Virus record (IMG/VR): IMGVR_UViG_3300028569_002417
Coordinates: 124,001 to 188,000 of that record
Reading direction: 5' to 3' (one strand)
Length of the DNA stretch: 64,000 bases
Below the pieces are notes generated by a model. The model was not told the DNA's origin. It saw only the letters and a program-made list of their open reading frames with translations, and searched no databases. Position numbers and translations under genes: made by a program. This document shows positions 62,600-64,000 of this stretch, in pieces; within the stretch, counting starts at the first letter, position 1, and each line of letters opens with the position of its first letter.

Positions 62600-63826
62600 A
62601 TGCCAAGAAGAATAGAGGAGGATTGGTCACATTTTCGTGATGTTGTTTCTGGACGAATCCGTAAGGCTCTCAAGAAATTTATAAAAAGTGGACAAATTGT
62701 AAAAAATCGTGGGAAAAATGGCAAAATTTCCATCACAATCCCAAAGATTGATATCCCTCATATTGTCTACGGAAGCAACGGTGAAGGTGTTGGACGTGGA
62801 CAAGGCAAAGAAGGCGATGTTATCGGTAAAGATCCAAAGAACGGAAAAGGAAAAGGAAATAGCGCAGGACAAGGTGAATCAGAAGGAATCACCATCAACC
62901 TCGATCTTGATGAAGTCCTAAAATTCATGCAGTATGAGCTTCAACTTCCTAATCTGAAGAAGAAGCCTAATGAAATTTATGATGAAATAAAAATTAAATA
63001 TAACAATATTTCTTTGATTGGTCCTGAGTCCCTCAGACACAATCGTCGTACTCTTATGCAAACACTTAAGCGTCAGGCTGCTGAAGGAACTCTTGATAAG
63101 ATGAAGTATGTGGCAGGAGTCAAAGATCCTGTTCGTGTTCTTCAGCCAATCAATGAAGATAAGCGTTACAGACAGTTCAACGAAATAAAGATTCCAAGCA
63201 GCAATGCACTTATTGTTTTCGCCCGTGATGGATCTGGATCTATGGATCAAGCTAAATGTGAAATCGTAAGCGATATGGCTTGGTGGATTGATGTCTGGAT
63301 TCGTCGATTCTATGACAGAGTTGATCGCCTCTACGTCTGGCATGACAGCGAAGCAATGGAAGTAGATGAGCAAAAGTTTTATAAGTATCGATTCGGAGGA
63401 GGAACAACTTGTTCTTCAGCATTAAAATTTGTCACTAAACAATTTGAAAACAGATATCCTCCAAATAAATGGAACATTTATGTTTTCTATTTCACAGATG
63501 GCGAAAATTGGGGTGAAGATAATCAAATATTCATCAATTCTTTAGCTGAAGATTTCAAACCTCATGTAGTTAATTTTACAGGAATCACTCAGATTCTTGC
63601 TTCAAGTTATAATGATTCAGTCAAATTTCATGTTGATGAAGCAATCAAATCAGGAAAATTAGATAAAGAATGCGTTCGCACAGTTGCAATTGGAGGAAGC
63701 CCCGATGGAAAATCGATGTGGTCTGCCCCAGCTTTGAGCGAAGAAAATAGAAACGAACAAGTAATTGAGGCTATTCAACAATTATTGGGCAATTCAAATA
63801 AAATAGTTCAGGATTACAAGGATTGA
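62600..63826 (+). CDS. yeaH: DUF444 / YeaH-YhbH family protein (vWA-like)
   Basis: IPKIDIP...YG, GVGRGQG, RDGSGSM, WHDSEA, GGTTCSS, WNIYVFYFTDGENW. Confidence 0.92.
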   Translation: MPRRIEEDWSHFRDVVSGRIRKALKKFIKSGQIVKNRGKNGKISITIPKIDIPHIVYGSNGEGVGRGQGKEGDVIGKDPKNGKGKGNSAGQGESEGITINLDLDEVLKFMQYELQLPNLKKKPNEIYDEIKIKYNNISLIGPESLRHNRRTLMQTLKRQAAEGTLDKMKYVAGVKDPVRVLQPINEDKRYRQFNEIKIPSSNALIVFARDGSGSMDQAKCEIVSDMAWWIDVWIRRFYDRVDRLYVWHDSEAMEVDEQKFYKYRFGGGTTCSSALKFVTKQFENRYPPNKWNIYVFYFTDGENWGEDNQIFINSLAEDFKPHVVNFTGITQILASSYNDSVKFHVDEAIKSGKLDKECVRTVAIGGSPDGKSMWSAPALSEENRNEQVIEAIQQLLGNSNKIVQDYKD

Positions 63827-63835
63827 GGACTCATC

Positions 63836-64000
63836 ATGTCAAGTAAATTCTTTCACGGCTCAAGTCTTCTACTTGGTGATAACACCGTTCCCGGTGTTCA
63901 ATTATCAAAAGAACTTAAAGAGTATATCCCTGTAATTCTTAAAGCCTGCCGTGATTGGGGACTCGATTTCTATCCAACCGTTGTTCAACTTCTGACATAT
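63836..64000 (+). CDS. spoVR: SpoVR/YcgB family protein, 5' part (runs off window)
   Basis: MSSKFF...ILKACRDWGLDFYPTVVQLLTY; directly after yeaH. Confidence 0.75.
   Translation, partial: MSSKFFHGSSLLLGDNTVPGVQLSKELKEYIPVILKACRDWGLDFYPTVVQLLTY

Noticed and set aside
1-64000. tRNA/rRNA genes, integrase or IS elements, stop-codon reassignment
   Set aside because: No cloverleaf or T-loop signatures, transposases or terminal repeats seen by eye; genes tile tightly with TAA, TAG and TGA all used as stops.

Overview
AT-rich, gene-dense 64-kb segment of a very large lytic dsDNA phage (jumbo/huge phage with T4-like modules). No rRNA, tRNA, CRISPR array, integrase or IS element is visible, and the standard genetic code fits. 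A Planctomycetota host is tentatively inferred from the RimI and PrkA/SpoVR sequences. Contents: (1) a large glycan-modification gene set: about 11 glycosyltransferases, about 7 SAM-methyltransferase domains, a sulfotransferase, glf, hldE and an NTP transferase; (2) two paralogous Gly-X-Gln collagen-like fibre genes; (3) a scattered T4-like replication/recombination set (UvsW, gp41/DnaB, UvsY-like, gp32-like SSB, UvsX/RecA) plus a Hel308-like helicase and an unusual thumb-less family A polymerase; (4) nucleotide metabolism genes (pyrB, dCMP deaminase, dNMP kinase, thyX); (5) protein-modifying enzymes (RimI, SET, amidoligase) and a PrkA/YeaG-YeaH-SpoVR locus; (6) about nine unrelated proteins sharing an N-terminal peptide like the T4 capsid-targeting sequence, several preceded by a distinctive ATATATAGA or CTAAATA motif; (7) two promoter-driven structured intergenic elements flanking the polymerase/sigma-like genes, both candidate ncRNAs. 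All calls come from motif reading by eye; no database searches were run.
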